Below are positions 24,065 through 43,551 of a stretch of 64,000 nt of DNA, piece after piece. A program made the position numbers and the translations under genes. Source of the stretch: Mobula hypostoma (lineage: Eukaryota); the NCBI RefSeq assembly GCF_963921235.1, contig NC_086097.1, positions 32,180,001 through 32,244,000 on the forward strand, in the 5' to 3' direction. The notes beneath the pieces were generated by a model. That model did no database searches, was not told the origin of the DNA, and worked only from the letters and a program-made list of their open reading frames with translations. Every line of letters begins with the position of its first letter. The first letter of the stretch is position 1.

Positions 24065-25870
24065 CACTTTTATTCAAGAGCTTGATGGTCGAGAGGTAGT
24101 AACTGTTGCTGAACCGGGTGGTGCGAGCCCCAAGGCTCTTGTACCTCCCACCTGATGGCCGCAGCAAGAGAGCATGACCTGGGTGGTGGGGATCTCTGAT
24201 GATGGATGCTGCTTTCCTACGACAGTGTTCCATGTAGATGTGCTCAATGGTTGGGAGGGCTTTACCTGTGATGTACTGAGCTAAATCCACTACTTTTTGT
24301 AGGATTTTCCATTCGAAAGCATTGGTTTTTCCATACCAGGCTGCAATGCAGCTAGTCAGTACACTCACCACTTCACACCTATAGAAGCTGTCAAAGTTTT
24401 AGATGCCATGCTGATACTCCACAGACTCCGAAGAAAGTGGAGGCACTGCCATGCTTTCTTCACAATTCCACTCACATGCTGTGTCCAGGACAGATCCTCT
24501 GAAATAGTATCACCCAGGAATTTAAAGTTGCTAACCTTCTCAACCTCTGATTTAATGATGAGGACTGACTCATGGACCTCTGGTTACCCGCTCCTGAAGT
24601 CTACAATCAGTTCATTGATCTTGCTGACGTTGTTGTTATGACATCATTCAGTCGGATTTTCAATCTCCCTCCTGTATGCTGATTCATCACCACCTTTCAT
24701 TCAGCCCACGGTGGTGTCATCAGCAAAAATATGGCATTGGAGCTGTGCTAAACTACATAATTATAGGTGTACAGTAAATAGAACAGGGGACTAAGCACAC
24801 AGCTTTGTGGTGTACCTGTGCAGATGGTGATTGTGGAGGAAACGTTTTTGCCAATCCGAATTGACTGGGGTTTACAAGTGTGGAAATCCAGGACCTGGTG
24901 CACAAAGAAGCATTTAGATCAAGGTCTTGGAGCTTACAGATTAGTTTTGAGGGGATGATGGTACTGAATACTCAGCTGTAGTCGATAAAGAGCGTCCTGA
25001 TGTATGTATCTTTGCTGTCCAGATATTCCAGGATTGAGTGAAGAGCCAATGAAATGGCATCTGCTCAAGGTACCTGCTGCTTCGGTTGGCAAATTGGAGC
25101 AGATCCAAATGGCCTCTCAGGCAGGAGCTATATGTTTCAACACCAACCTCTCAAAACACTTCATCACTGTGGATGTAAGTGCAACTGGATGATAGTCATT
25201 AAAGCAGGTCACCATGCTCTTCTTGGGAACTGGTATAATTGAAGCCTGCTTGAAGCAGGTGGGTACCAGACACTCTGAAGCATGTGGTTAAAAGAGCTCA
25301 GTGAATACATCAGCCAGCTGATCAACACAGGTCTTTAGTACGTGGCCAGGTACCCCATCCAGTCCAGATGCTTTCTATGGGTTCAACCTCCTGAAAGCAG
25401 CCCACACGTCAGCTTCAGAGAGTGAGATCATGGGATCATTGGGGGATGAGCGGTTCACAAGGATTTCTCCCTGTCCTGATGGTCAAAGTGAGCACAGAGG
25501 CATTAAGCTCATCTGGAAGCGAAGCTCTACTATCTCCCATGTCGCTTGATTTAACTTTTTAGGAGGTAATAGGGATCAAGCCCTTGCCTCAGCTGTTGAG
25601 CATCCCTCGTTGATTCAAGTTTGGTCCTGAATTTCCACTTCGCCTGTGAGATGGCTTCTGGAGATCATACCTACACCTCTTGTAGTTGTCTTGGTCTCCA
25701 GACTTTAATGCCTCTGATCTGACCCTCAGCAAATTTCGGATCTCATGGTATATCCAGGGCTTCTGATTGGTGAAGACTCTGAATAGTTTACTGGGGACAT
25801 ACTCATCTACAGCTGTAGTAATAAAGTCCATTGCAACCATAGTGTATTTATTCAGATCTCTAGATGAGTG
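24065..25870 (-). mobile_element. Rex1/Babar-type LINE fragment
   Basis: ORF pieces FTNQKPWI and SVLTSCIAAWYG...PHHPGHAL..PSGGRYKSL. Confidence 0.8.
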
Positions 25871-26085
25871 CTTGGTATGTATAAAGCAGAGGTTGATAGG
25901 TTCCTGATTAATAAGGGCACAGGAGAATAGGGTTGAGAGGGAATCTAAACCAGCTATGATTGAATGGCCTAATTCTCCTCCTGTGTTCTATGGCCATCTG
26001 GAAGGGTTAGAAAGCAATGATGGGTTGCTGGGGTCTGACTGGATTTGTGGAGCGGGGGGCATGGGATGAGGAGGGAGAGACCTAC

Positions 26086-26214
26086 CCCTCTGTCAACATC
26101 TGGAGGTGGTGCTGACGACTGGGTTCCTTCCATTGTCTCTTCGCTTTCCCCCTCGTCTTCGTCTTCCTCCAGCAGGGAGGATAACTTTCCGGGCACATTA
26201 TTTGCCTGTGGATA
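26086..26214 (-). CDS. SYNE2: Nesprin acidic linker exon YPQANNVPGKLSSLLEEDEDEGESEETMEGTQSSAPPPDVDRG
   Basis: 129 nt, phase 0-0, acceptor ttttgttcttcctcag|, donor GGG|GTAGGT; in-frame second acceptor at 26205. Confidence 0.82.
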
Positions 26215-26469
26215 CTGAGGAAGAACAAAATACAGTCACAAACTGCCAGAGATCAGATCATTGTCAGACACAGGACATCGTCTGTTGGTACACAGACTTC
26301 CACTTTCCCATCAATCTCCCACACCCTGCAACTCTCACACCTCAGAACACCTGCCCACCAAATTCCCCTATCCCTCCTCCATCAGCTCACCCTAACTCTC
26401 CCTACTCTCCTGACCCAACTCCCTCTATACCACCCCAGCACCCACAGTGTAACACCGTATCAGTATCAC

Positions 26470-27940
26470 CCCTGCCACCGTGGAACCCTCCCTCAGTACT
26501 ACCCCCTCAAATATTGTGACCCTCCCTCAGTACCTCCCCTCAAACATGGTGACCCTTCCTCAGTACCGCCCCCTCAAACACTGTGACCCTCCCTCAGTAC
26601 CGCTCCTCAGACACTGTGACCCTCCCTCAGTACCTCCCCCTCAAATACTGTGACCCTCCCTCAGTACTGCCCCCTCAAACACGGTACCCTCTCTCAGTAC
26701 CGCCCCTCAAACACAGTGACCCTCCCTCAGTACAGCCCCCTCAGACACTGTGACCCTCCCTCAGTACCGCCCCCTCAAACACTGTGACCTTCCCTCAGTA
26801 CCGCCCCCTCAAACACAGTAACCCTCCCTCAGTACAGCCTCTCAAACACAGTAACCCTCCCTCAGTACCGTCCCCTCAGACACTGTGACCCTCCCTCAGT
26901 ACCACCTCCTCAAATACTGTGACCCTCCCTCAGTACCACCCCCTGAGACACTGTGAGCCTCCCTCAGTACCGCTCCCTCAAACACTGTGACCCTCCCTCA
27001 GTACCGCCCCTCAAACACAGTAACCCTCCCTCAGTACAGCCCCTCAAACACAGTAACCCTCCCTCAGTACCGCCCCCTCAGATACTGTGACCCTCCCTCA
27101 GTACCGCCTCCTCAAACACTGTGACCCTCCCTCAGTACCACCCCGAGACACTGTGACCCTCCCTCAGTACCGCCCCGAGACACTGTGACCCTCCCTCTGT
27201 ACCACCCCCTCAGACACTGTGACCCTCCCTCAGTACCTCCCCCTCAAATACTGTGACCCTCCCTCAGTACTGCCCCTCAAACACACTGACCCTCCTTCAG
27301 TACTGCCCCCTCAAATACTGTGACCCTCCCTCAGTACTTCCCCTCAAACACACTGACCCTCCTTCAGTACTGCCCCCTCAAATACTGTGACCCTCCCTCA
27401 GTACCGCCCCCTCAGACACTGTGACCCTCCCTCAGTACTGCCTCCACAAATACTGTGACCCTCCCTCAGTACCTCCCCTCAAACACAGTGACCCTCCCTC
27501 AGTACAGCCCCCTCAGACACTGTGACCCTCCCTCAGTACCTCCCCTCAAACACAGTGACCCTCCCTCAGTACAGCCCCCTCAGACACTGTGACCCTCCCT
27601 CAGTACAGCCCCCTCAGACACTGTGACCCTCCCTCAGTACCTCCCCTCAAACACAGTGACTCTCCCTCAGTACAGCCCCCTCAGACACTGTGACCCTCCC
27701 TCAGTACCGCCCCCTCAGACACTGTGACCCTCCCTCAGTACAGCCCCCTCAGACAGTGTGACCCTCCCTCAGTACCTCCCCTCAAACACAGTGACTCTCC
27801 CTCAGTACAGCCCCCTCAGACACTGTGACCCTCCCTCAGTACCGCCCCCTCAGACACTGTGACCCTCCCTCAGTACCGCCCCCTCAAACACAGTGACCCT
27901 CCCTCAGTACAGCCCCCTCAGACACTGTGACTCTCCCTCA
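26470..27940. repeat. 33-34 bp minisatellite (actgtgaccctccctcagtaccgccccctcaaac)
   Basis: About 43 tandem units; same family at 12200-12400 and 45125-47100. Confidence 0.97.
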
Positions 27941-28949
27941 GGACAGTGTTTCTTCATTTCAGTGACTCTAGAAACGAGGCTGATGTGACACACTGGTGTC
28001 CGATACCTAAACTCTCACACACGTCCTGCACTACTCCTGAAACAATCTTTACACTTCATGGTCTGACGGGGAACTCAATAAACGTAGATCATTACAGCAC
28101 AGTACAGGGCCTTCATCCACAATCTTGTACGGACCTTTTAACTTACTCTAAGATCAATCTAACATCTCACTCCCATGTAGCCACCCATTTACTGTATCTA
28201 TCATCCATGTACCTGTGTAAGAGTTTCCAAAATGACGCTAAGGTACACGTTTCTACCACCACTTCTGGCAGCACATTCCATGCAGCCACCACTCTCTGTG
28301 TAATAAAACTTAACTCTGACATCCCTCCTGTACTCTCCTCCAATCACCTTAAAACCGTGCCCATTTGCATTGGCCATTTCTGCCCTGGGAAAATGTCTCT
28401 GGCTTCCATTCTTCCATGCTTCTTATCTTGTACATTTTTATCAAGTCACCTCTCATCCTCCTCACTCCAAGGAGAAAAGCCCTAACTCACTCAACCTATC
28501 CTCATAAATGCTCTCTAATCCAGGCAGCATCCTGGTAACTCTCCTCTGTGCCCTCTCTAAAGCCTCCACATCCTTCCTATAATGAGGCGAGCAGAAATGA
28601 ACAGTTTACAAGCAAACCCCTGGGGTGATTCCCATCAGCCAGGGACGTACCCTGGGCTAAGCCTAAGGTCTATTCTCAGAGCTTCCTTCCTTAGCTCCTC
28701 CATTTTCTTCAGCCCACCCCTCAGATCGACAGTGGGGACTGCAGAGCTCACCTAGAGCTGGAGCAGGTGCAGCCTTAAGGGGTGGTAAGGTGGATAGGTG
28801 GGTGGTCTGGGTGGAGTTGGGGGGGATTGTGAGGAAGATCATTCACTCCAGTGCCTACATAGGCTCTCTGTGAACCCGAGGCACTGATCCCAGCCCAACA
28901 GCCTTCCTCTTCAGAGGTCACCAAATCCCCAGAGATGGGGAGAATAACT

Positions 28950-30320
28950 ACATTGATGCTGCTTCCTGCACCCATGCTGAATTTGTCAACTTCATTCACT
29001 TTGCCTCCAACCTCCACCCTGCCCTCAAATTTACCTGGTTTCTGACACCTCCCTCCCCTTTCTCGATCTTAGTGTCTCTGTCCTGGAGATGTCTATGATA
29101 AACCCACAGACTCTCATAGCTACCTGGACTATAACTCTTCCCACCCTGTTACCTGTAAAAATGCCATCTCCTTCTCTCAATTCCTCTGTCTCTGCCTCAT
29201 CTGCTCTCAGGATGAGGCTTTTCATTCTAGAATGAAGATGTCCTCCTCTTCCAAAGAAAGGGGCTTCCCTTCCTCCACCATCAACGCTGTCCTCAACCTC
29301 ATCTTTTCCATTTCACACACGTCTGCGCTTACCCCATCCTCCTACCACCCCACCACAGATAGAGTTCCTGTTGTCCTCACCTACCACCACACTAGCCTCC
29401 ACATCCAGCACATAATTCTCCAAAATTTCTGCCACCAACAATGGGACACAAAGCACATCTTTCCCTCTCCCCGCCCCACCCCCCACTGTCTGCTTTCTGC
29501 AGGGATCACTCCCTGAGCAACTCCCTTGTCCATTCGTCCCTCCCCACTGATCTCCTTCCTGGCATTTATCCTTGCAAGCAGTAACAACTGCTACACCTGC
29601 CTCTACACCTCCTCCCTCATTACCATTCAGGGCTCTTACAGTCCTTCCAGGTGAGGTGACACTTCACCTGCGAGTCTGTTGGGGTCATTTACTGCATTCA
29701 GTGCTCCCGGTGTGGCCTCCTGTACATCGGTGAGACCCAAGGTAGAATGGGAGACCGCTTCACTGAGCACCTACACTCTGTCCACCAGATAAAGCAGGAT
29801 CTCCCATTGGCCATCCATTTTAATTCCACTTCCCATTCCCATTCCAATATGTCCATCCATGGTCTCCTCCACTGTCGTGATGAGGCCACACTTGGGTTGG
29901 AGGAACAACACCTTCTATTCCATTTGGGTAGCCTCCAACTTGATGGCATGAACATTGATTTCTCAAACTTCTGGTCATGACCCCACAACCTCTCCTTCAC
30001 CAATTCCCATCCCCTTTTCCCCCCTCACCTTATCTCCTTGCCTGCCCATCGCCTCCCTCTGGTGCTCCTCCCCACCTTGTCTTTCTTCTGTGACCTTCTA
30101 CTCTTTCACCAATCAACCTCCCAGCACGTTACTCATCCTTCCCCCTCCAGGTTTCACCTAACACCTTGTGTTTCACTCTCTTTACCCTGACCTTTTAAAC
30201 CTACTCTTGAGCTTTTTTTCTCCAGTCCTGCCGAAGGGTTTCAGCCAAAATGTCGACTACTTTTTTCCTAGATGCTGTCTGGCCTGATGAGTTCACCCAG
30301 CACTTTGTGTGTGTTTCTTG
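28950..30320 (+). mobile_element. Penelope-like retroelement, 5'-truncated (RT C-terminus, GIY-YIG endonuclease, terminal repeat)
   Basis: HPALKFTW, LPFLD, KPTDSHSYLDY.SSHP; VIYCIQCSRCGLLYIGET..MGDRFTEHL...HFN...EEQHLLFHLGSLQLDGMN; degenerate hammerhead at about 30225-30257. Confidence 0.92.
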
Positions 30321-30404
30321 AATCTTTATTTTGTTCACGTGCGAGTCTCTTGTTATAGATAAAGAGCATGGAAACAGGCTCGAGTCTACCCGTACTGCGA
30401 TCCA

Positions 30405-32950
30405 TATCAAAATCTACACCCCTCACTGGGATCCATACCGGGATCTACACCCTGCACCAGGATCTACTCCCCACACCAGGATCCGCACCGGGATCTACTC
30501 CACGCACTGGGATCCACACCCCACACTGGTATCCATACCGGGATCTACTCCCTGCACTGGGATCCACACCCCACACGGGGATCCATACCAGGATCTACAC
30601 CCCGCACCGGGATCCATACCAGGATCTACAACCCAAACCAGGATCCATACTGGGATCTACTCCCCGCACCAGGATCCATACTGGGATCTACTCCCCGCAC
30701 TGGGATCCATACCAGGATCTAATCCCCTCACTGGATCCATACTGGGATCTACACCCCACACTGAGATCCATACCGGGATCTACACCCCTCACCGGGATCC
30801 ATACTGGGATCTACATCCCACACCAGGATCCATACCGGGATCTACTCCCCGCACTGGGATCCATTCCAGGATCTACTCCCCTCACTGGGATCCATACCGG
30901 GATCTATACCCCTCACCGGGATCTACACCCCAAACTGAGATCCACGCCGGGATCTACAACCCTCACTGCTTTCCACACTGGGATCTACTCCCCACACTGG
31001 GATCCATACTGGGATCTACTCGCCACACTGGGATCCATACTGGGATCTAATCCCCTCACTGGACCCATACCAGGATCTACACCCCTCACTGGATCCATAC
31101 CGGGTTCCACACCCCCACACTGACATCCATACCGAGATCTACTCCCAGCGCTGGGATCCATTCCAGGATCTACTCCCCTCACTGGGATCCATACCGGGAT
31201 CTATACCCCTCACCGGGATCCATACCGGGATCTACACCCCTCACCGGGATCCATACTGGGATCTACACCCCACACCAGGATCCATACCGGGATCTACTCC
31301 CTCACTGGGATCCATACTGGGATCTACACCCCTCACCGGGATCTACATCCCAAACTGAGATCAACATCGGGATCTACACTCCTCACCGAGATCCATACCG
31401 GGATCTACACCCCTCACCGGGATCCATACTGGGATCTACACCCCACACCAGGATCCATACCGGGATCTACTACCCTCACTGGGATCCATACCGGGATCTA
31501 CACCCCTCACTGGGATCTACATCCCAAACTGAGATCAACACTGGGATCTACACCCCTCACTGGGATCCATACCAGGATCTACTCCCCTCACTGGGATCCA
31601 TACCGAGATCTATACCCCGCACCAGGATCTACACCCCAAACTGAGATCCACACCGGGATCTACAACCCTCAGTGTTTTCCACACTGGGATCTACTCCCCA
31701 CACTGGGATCCATACCGGGATCTACACCCCTCACTGGATCCATACCGGATTCTACAGCCCCGCACTGGCATCCATACCGAGATCTACTCCCCGTGCTGGG
31801 ATCCATTCCAGGATCTACTCCCCTCACTGGGATCCATAACGGGATCTATACCCCTCACCGGGATCTACATCCCAAACTGAGAACAACACCGGGATCTACA
31901 CTCCTCACTGGGATCCATACCGGGATCTACACCCCTCACCGAGATCAACACCGGGATCTACACCCCTCACTGGGATCCATACCGGGACCTACACCCCTCA
32001 CCGAGATCCATACCGGGATCTACACCCCACACTGGGATCCATACCGGGATCGACACCCCTCACTGGGATCCATACCAGGATCGACACCCCTCACTGGGAT
32101 CCATACCGGGATCGACACCCCTCACTGGGATCCATACTGGGATCGACACCCCTCACTGGGATCCATACTGGGATCGACACCCCTCACTGGGATCCATACT
32201 GGGATCAACACCCCTGACTGGGATCCATACCGGGATCGACACCCCTCACCGGGATCCATACCGGGATCTACACCCCTCACCGGGATCCATACCGGAACCT
32301 ACACCGCCCACTGAGATCCATACCGGGATCGACACCGCACACTGAGATCCATACCGGGATCGACACCCCTCACTGGGATTCATACCGGGATCGACACCCT
32401 TCACCGGGATCCATGCCAGGATCGACACCCCTCACCGGGATCCATACTGGGACCTACACCCCTCACCAGGATCCATACTGGGACCTACACCCCTCACCGG
32501 GATCCATACCGGGATCTACACCCCACACTGGGATCCATACCGGGATCGACACCCCTCACTGGGATCCATACCGGGATCGACACCCCACACCGGGATCCAT
32601 ACTGGGATCGACACCCCTCACTGGGATCCATACCGGGACCTACACCGCACACTGAGTCCATACCGGGATCGACACCCCTCACTGGGATCCATACCGGGAT
32701 CGACACCCATCACCAGGATCCATACTGGGATCGACACTCCTCACCATGATCCATACTGGGATCTACATCCCTCATTGGATCTACATCAGGATCTATACCC
32801 CACACTGGATCCATACCAGGATCTATACCCCACACTGGATCCATACCAGGATCTACACCCCTCTCTGGATCCATACCAGGATCTACACCCCAAACAGGGA
32901 TCCATACTGGGATTTACACCTCACACTGTGATCCACAATGAGATCTACAT
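30405..32950. repeat. About 31-32 bp GGATC-rich minisatellite (cactgggatccataccgggatctacacccct)
   Basis: About 80 tandem units, most carrying a BamHI site. Confidence 0.97.
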
Positions 32951-34143
32951 CTCGCACTGTGATTCATGCCCCACAGTACAATCTAAGTTTCAAGATTCAA
33001 GTTGATTTACAAGGTGCGCCTCAGAACAGAAGAATGCATCATTTGCATTTACTACCAACGCACCAGGAGAAGGCAACAGCAAACCACTGCTGTAGAAAAG
33101 TTGCCAAGAACAACGATGGTCATGAGAGCACAATCAGCTACATGTTACAACACGACACAAAATGATGGCGATGACTAATACCCATGTCTGGATGACACCA
33201 CACCAGAGTCCCTCTTGCTTAAAACTATAAAGAGATCCACAGCCAGTCAACCTCCCCAGCCTGATGCGGGGTCCTGCCCTGAAATATCAGCCCTCCCTCT
33301 GCACCCACAGTTACTGCTCGGTCACTGAATTCCCCCAGCATATTCACTCTGGAATCCAGCATTTGTTGTCTCCATCCCAGCAGAATACAGCTGAACTGAA
33401 GGGCCACTGACCTGAAATATTACCTCCGACTGAACCCTGCCCCTCCACAGACGCTGCCTGGCCTGCTGAATATCGCCTCCACTCAGGGTTTATCCAGATT
33501 AGTATAGGGTCCACCCCCTGTTTCAGATGGGGTGTCCACCCCCAGAGCTTTGAATCACAGAGAAAGTTCAGCACTAAGGTGGGAGTGGGCTCTTTCAATA
33601 AGACTCAAAAGGTTTTGAGATACTTTTCAGAAACAACGAAGGGGATTCTCCAACTTCAACGGACATCAGCGAAATTGATTATTCTGTGGGATTCTCTGAT
33701 GCATGTACTGCCCCACCAACCCCATCCAAGTTTCCAGCTCCTGAGTCACATTGGGAAGGCCTGAGTTGAACAGAGTGGTGTGGGGGGGTGGGGGTGGAGG
33801 TGCTGTGGGACCATAAAACCATAAGGTACAGTGCCAGTGATCGAGGGTCAATTCCTGTTGCCGTCTTTGAGGAGTTTGTACGGTCTCCCCAGGACTGTGT
33901 GGGCTTCCTCCAAGTGCTCTTGTTTCCTCCAACATTCTGAAGTCAGGGTTAGTAAACTGTGCTGGAAGCACAGCAATACTTGTGGGCTGCCCCCCAGCAT
34001 ACCTTCGGACTATGTTAGTCCTTTTGAAGTAAATGCTAACATTGCGTCTGCCTTCCTTGCTACCGAGAGAAATGTGAGCTGCGTTACTGAGTCACAAACT
34101 GAGTACCAGGGTAAGGCACTGGCCACAGTGGGGGTTGACATAC

Positions 34144-34305
34144 CTCAGGTTCTCTGGGTGGCTCAGCCTGGGGTGAGGGTGACTTCTGCTCCTCTGTGAA
34201 GCTCTGGGTGACCACGATGAGGGCTTCTTGGGTACTGATCACCAGCGATTGTCGGCGCTCGCTCAGATCTGACAACGTCTCCCCCTGGGATTCCGAGACC
34301 TCATC
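34144..34305 (-). CDS. SYNE2: Nesprin exon DEVSESQGETLSDLSERRQSLVISTQEALIVVTQSFTEEQKSPSPQAEPPREPE
   Basis: 162 nt, phase 0-0, acceptor tgtccatgtag|, donor GAG|GTATGT. Confidence 0.87.
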
Positions 34306-34735
34306 CTACATGGACACAACTTGGTAGAATCAGAATGCAGTTTATTATCAGCAACTGATGTGAGATGAAATTTATTGTTTTACGGCAGCAGTTCAGTGCA
34401 CAGACATAAAATGTGTACTAAGTTACAGTGAAAAGCTTCCATTTGCATGCCATCCAGAGAGATCATTCCAAAAATAAGAACATCGAGGTCAAGCAAAGGA
34501 AACCAATCACAAAGTGCAGAAAACATGCAGTGTTACAGTTACAGAGAGAGTGTAGAGCAGGGAGACAGTAAGGTACCAGGTCATGCACTTTGTTTGAAGG
34601 AATAAAGGGTGTAGGCTATTTTCTAAAAGAGAAGCAAATTCAAATCAGAGGTGCAAAGGGACTTGGGAGTCCTAGTACAAGGTTTCATAAAGCCCAATGA
34701 CTGGCCCTACAGTATGTGTATGCATATGTACAGAA

Positions 34736-40319
<5,584 letters not shown>

Positions 40320-40352
40320 AGCAATTATCCCTGCCACCTGTGCTCAGCTCAC

Positions 40353-40406
40353 CTTCTGCAGTCTCTCAGCTTCTGCGTCACAACCCTGTAACTTCTCCAG
40401 CAGTGA
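40353..40406 (-). CDS. SYNE2: Nesprin small exon SLLEKLQGCDAEAERLQK
   Basis: 54 nt, phase 0-0, strong acceptor ttttttttcctcacag|, donor AAG|GTGAGC. Confidence 0.88.
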
Positions 40407-41965
40407 CTGTGAGGAAAAAAAAGAAAACAAGGCTCTGAATTAAAAAATCTTAAACAAATGAAAATATAATGGTAACTCACACAAAACACTGGAGGAACTC
40501 AGCAGGTCAGGCATCTATGGAAAAGAGTAAACAGTCAATGTTTCGGGCCAAGACCATTCTTCAGAACTCACCACAGATGCTGCCAGAACTGCTGTGTTCC
40601 TCCAGCATTTTATGTGTTGCTTTGGATTACCAGCAGCTGCAGACTTTCTTGTGTTTGAAAATATAATGGTCATTTGTGCTTTGTGGAGTCCAAGTAACTA
40701 TAATACACCCAAGGAAGTTAACTGAATATAAACCTGTGCAGTAATCTGTGAAAGCGCGTACCACCAGGCTAAGGGACAGCTTCTATCCCTGTTATAAGAC
40801 TATTGAATGGCTCCCTAGTACAACAAGATAGACTCTTGACCTCACAATCTACCATGTTATGACCTTGCAGCTATTGTCTACCTGCACAGCACTTTCTCTG
40901 TAACTATACCACTTAACTCTGCTTTCTGTTATTGTTTTCCCTGTACTTTCTCAATGCACTGCGTAATGAATTGATCTGAATGGATGGTTGCAATGCAAAT
41001 TCTCATTGATACAAGAGACAATAATAAACTAATTAATTTAATTTACCAGCTGGTGTATTAACTGGGGTATTAAGACAAAATTACTGTTAGGTTTAGATGG
41101 GTTTACGTGAAGAAACACTAATTTAAAACAGCAATAAAAACTGGTCACAAAGTCGTTCAACATGGAAACAGACCCTTTGGACCAATTTGTCTGTGCCGAC
41201 CCAGTTGTTACCCTGAGCCAGTCCCATTTGCCTGTACTTGCCCCATATCCCTCTAAACCTTTCCCATCCAATGTACAAGGTACACATATTGTCAAAGTAT
41301 GCATGCAGTATACAACTCCGAGATCTGTGTGCCTGTCCAAATGTCTATGAAATGTTGTAACTGTTCCCATCAGTACTTCCTCTGGCAGCTCATACTGGAG
41401 ACCTTCTGGTCTTAAAAGCATTTTAAAGGAGGAAGAGAAGTCAGAAGATGATTTTGATGAGTTGGGTACATGGGCTGTGGACTGGCAAATGGCTTTCAAT
41501 CCAGATAAATGCGAGGTATTGCACTTGGGTGATCAAACTAGGGTAAGACTTGTACAGTGAATGATCGGGCCCTGGAGAGTATTATGGATCAGAGGAACCC
41601 GGGGTACAAGTGTATAGTTCACTGAAAGCAGGATCACAGGTAGACAGGCTGGTGAAGATGGTGTTTGGCAGGCTGGCTTTCATCAATCAGGTCACTGAGT
41701 ACAGGAGCTGGGAAGTTATATTGCAGTTGTATAAGACATTGGTGAGGCCACACTGGTATTATGTTCAGTTTATGTTGTTCTAGGAAAGATATTTTAAACT
41801 AGGAGAGCAAAATAGATTTAGCAGGGCGCTGCCTGGACTTGGTGTCGGAGTTACAAGGAGAACTTTATTCCCTGGAACTAGCAGACTGAGAGGTGACCTG
41901 ATAGAGATACGGTATATGAGATCATGGTCGGGGGAAAGCACATCATCTTTTCCCATAGAGGGTGT

Positions 41966-42627
41966 TGTGATGGAAATGAGACAGATTCTTTGGGCTCAAG
42001 GCAAGGATTCTGGACACACAGTTTTAACAATAAAAAGTTTATTTACAAGGGGAGAAGAGCTTTTGGACAACACAAGCGGCTACAATATTCGCACAAACGC
42101 ACTTAGAATAGACGAGTGTGGGAAAAGTCGGGTCGGCAGTACAATACACAGGAAAACGGTGTGGGGACAGAGTACAGGTACATATACAAGCAAGGGAAAA
42201 GTAACTACGATACCTGCCCCCCTTGACTATGGGCAGGCAGGGCTCTCTGCTACAGGGACAACAATAAACGCTCCCAAAACTCTATTCAATGCACAGCTTA
42301 CCACGCGTCTCCAACGCTGCTCTGCAGTCTTCTGCCTGGAGTGAAACAGGGTGGTCCCTCGAGCATGGCAAAAAAAAAGAGCAAGCCAAGCACCCTTTAT
42401 AGGTCAGGGGGCTGGAGGGTCCAGCCCAGGTGATTTACCGGGGGGGGGGGGCAACGGCTTGGTGCTAGAGAGGTTAATCCAATTAAGGTGGCCAATGGTT
42501 AAGTGCGCATTGATTAGTTGGGAGGGGTGAGATGCCGACTGGCATGCGGTGTGCCTTCCGACCAGGTAGAGGGCAGTGCTGAGCCGTGACAGGCACGGCT
42601 GTCTGGATACGGAGGGGTTGCTTCACA
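41966..42627 (-). mobile_element. Probable solo LTR inserted in a CR1 fragment
   Basis: TGTGA...TCACA inverted termini, 662 bp; minus-strand TATAAA (42396-42401) with CCAAT-like boxes upstream and AATAAA (42038-42043) downstream; no TSD found. Confidence 0.65.
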
Positions 42628-43368
42628 GAGCACAGAGGTTCAAGATCAAAAAGGAAATCGGGTGGGGGGGGAGCTTCTTCACACAGTTTCCGTGTATTTG
42701 GAAAGAACTGTCAGAAAGTGGTTGAGGGGGGCATATTCATTATTCATTCAGCAATACAGCCTGGAGTAGGCCTGTCTGGCCCTACAAGCCACACTGCCCC
42801 AGCAACCCCACAACCCCTATTAACCCTAACCTAATCACGGGACAATCTACAACGACCAATTAACCCACTGTGGACTGTGGGTGGAAACCGGAGCACCCGG
42901 GGAAAACCCACGCATCCCACAGGGAGGACGTACAGAGACTCCTTACAGAATGGCGCTGGAATTGAACTCTGAACTCTGGAACACCCCGAGCCGTAACAGC
43001 GTCGCACTAACCGCTACAATGCCGCGGCACCCATCGAGCATTTTAGGTAAGTGCACGGGTGGGAGAGGTTCAGAGAGCTATGGGCCAAGCACAGACAGAT
43101 GGGACCCGTTCACTGGGTAGCACAGTGTGGACATGTTTGGCCCCAGGGCCCGCTTGCATATTCCACAACTCAATGAGCAGTCAGACTTTGCAAGGCAGTG
43201 GGTGTAGGGTGTCTCAGAGTCAAGGGGTGGGGTAAGTAAAGGAACAGGCCATGTATAGTCTGTGTCTATCACATGTGCGAGCCACATCCATTCTATGTAT
43301 GGATCCATGCCTATCCCGTGTACGTGTACGTGTACGCTTGTTGTCCGTGCCCAGCCCAAGGGACATAC

Positions 43369-43551
43369 CTCCAGCAGGGAGCTCTGCTGCCTGGTCAGTT
43401 CCTGCAGCGGGTTAATCTCTGCAGAAATGCAGGCCACTCTGGTGAAGGCCTCGACGTTGCCCGAGTGACCCTCTGGTAGCACCAGGGTATTCTTGTACTC
43501 CGCCAGCATGCCAGCCGTCCCCCTCACCTCCTCCAGGCTCGCCAAGATCAC
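43369..43551 (-). CDS. SYNE2: Nesprin exon VILASLEEVRGTAGMLAEYKNTLVLPEGHSGNVEAFTRVACISAEINPLQELTRQQSSLLE
   Basis: 183 nt, phase 0-0, acceptor cctttgctgacag|, donor GAG|GTATGT; resembles recalled nesprin-2 VILENIRPMKK...EQNELLK. Confidence 0.92.

Noticed and set aside
28651..28950. Non-repeat island with several splice-like signals
   Set aside because: No stop-free phase 0-0 exon could be built
30331..32931. Repetitive Pro/Gly/Thr/His ORFs and a CRISPR-like appearance
   Set aside because: Head-to-tail minisatellite with no unique spacers and no cas genes; the same holds for the arrays at 18.7, 21.3, 26.5, 45.1 and 48.7 kb
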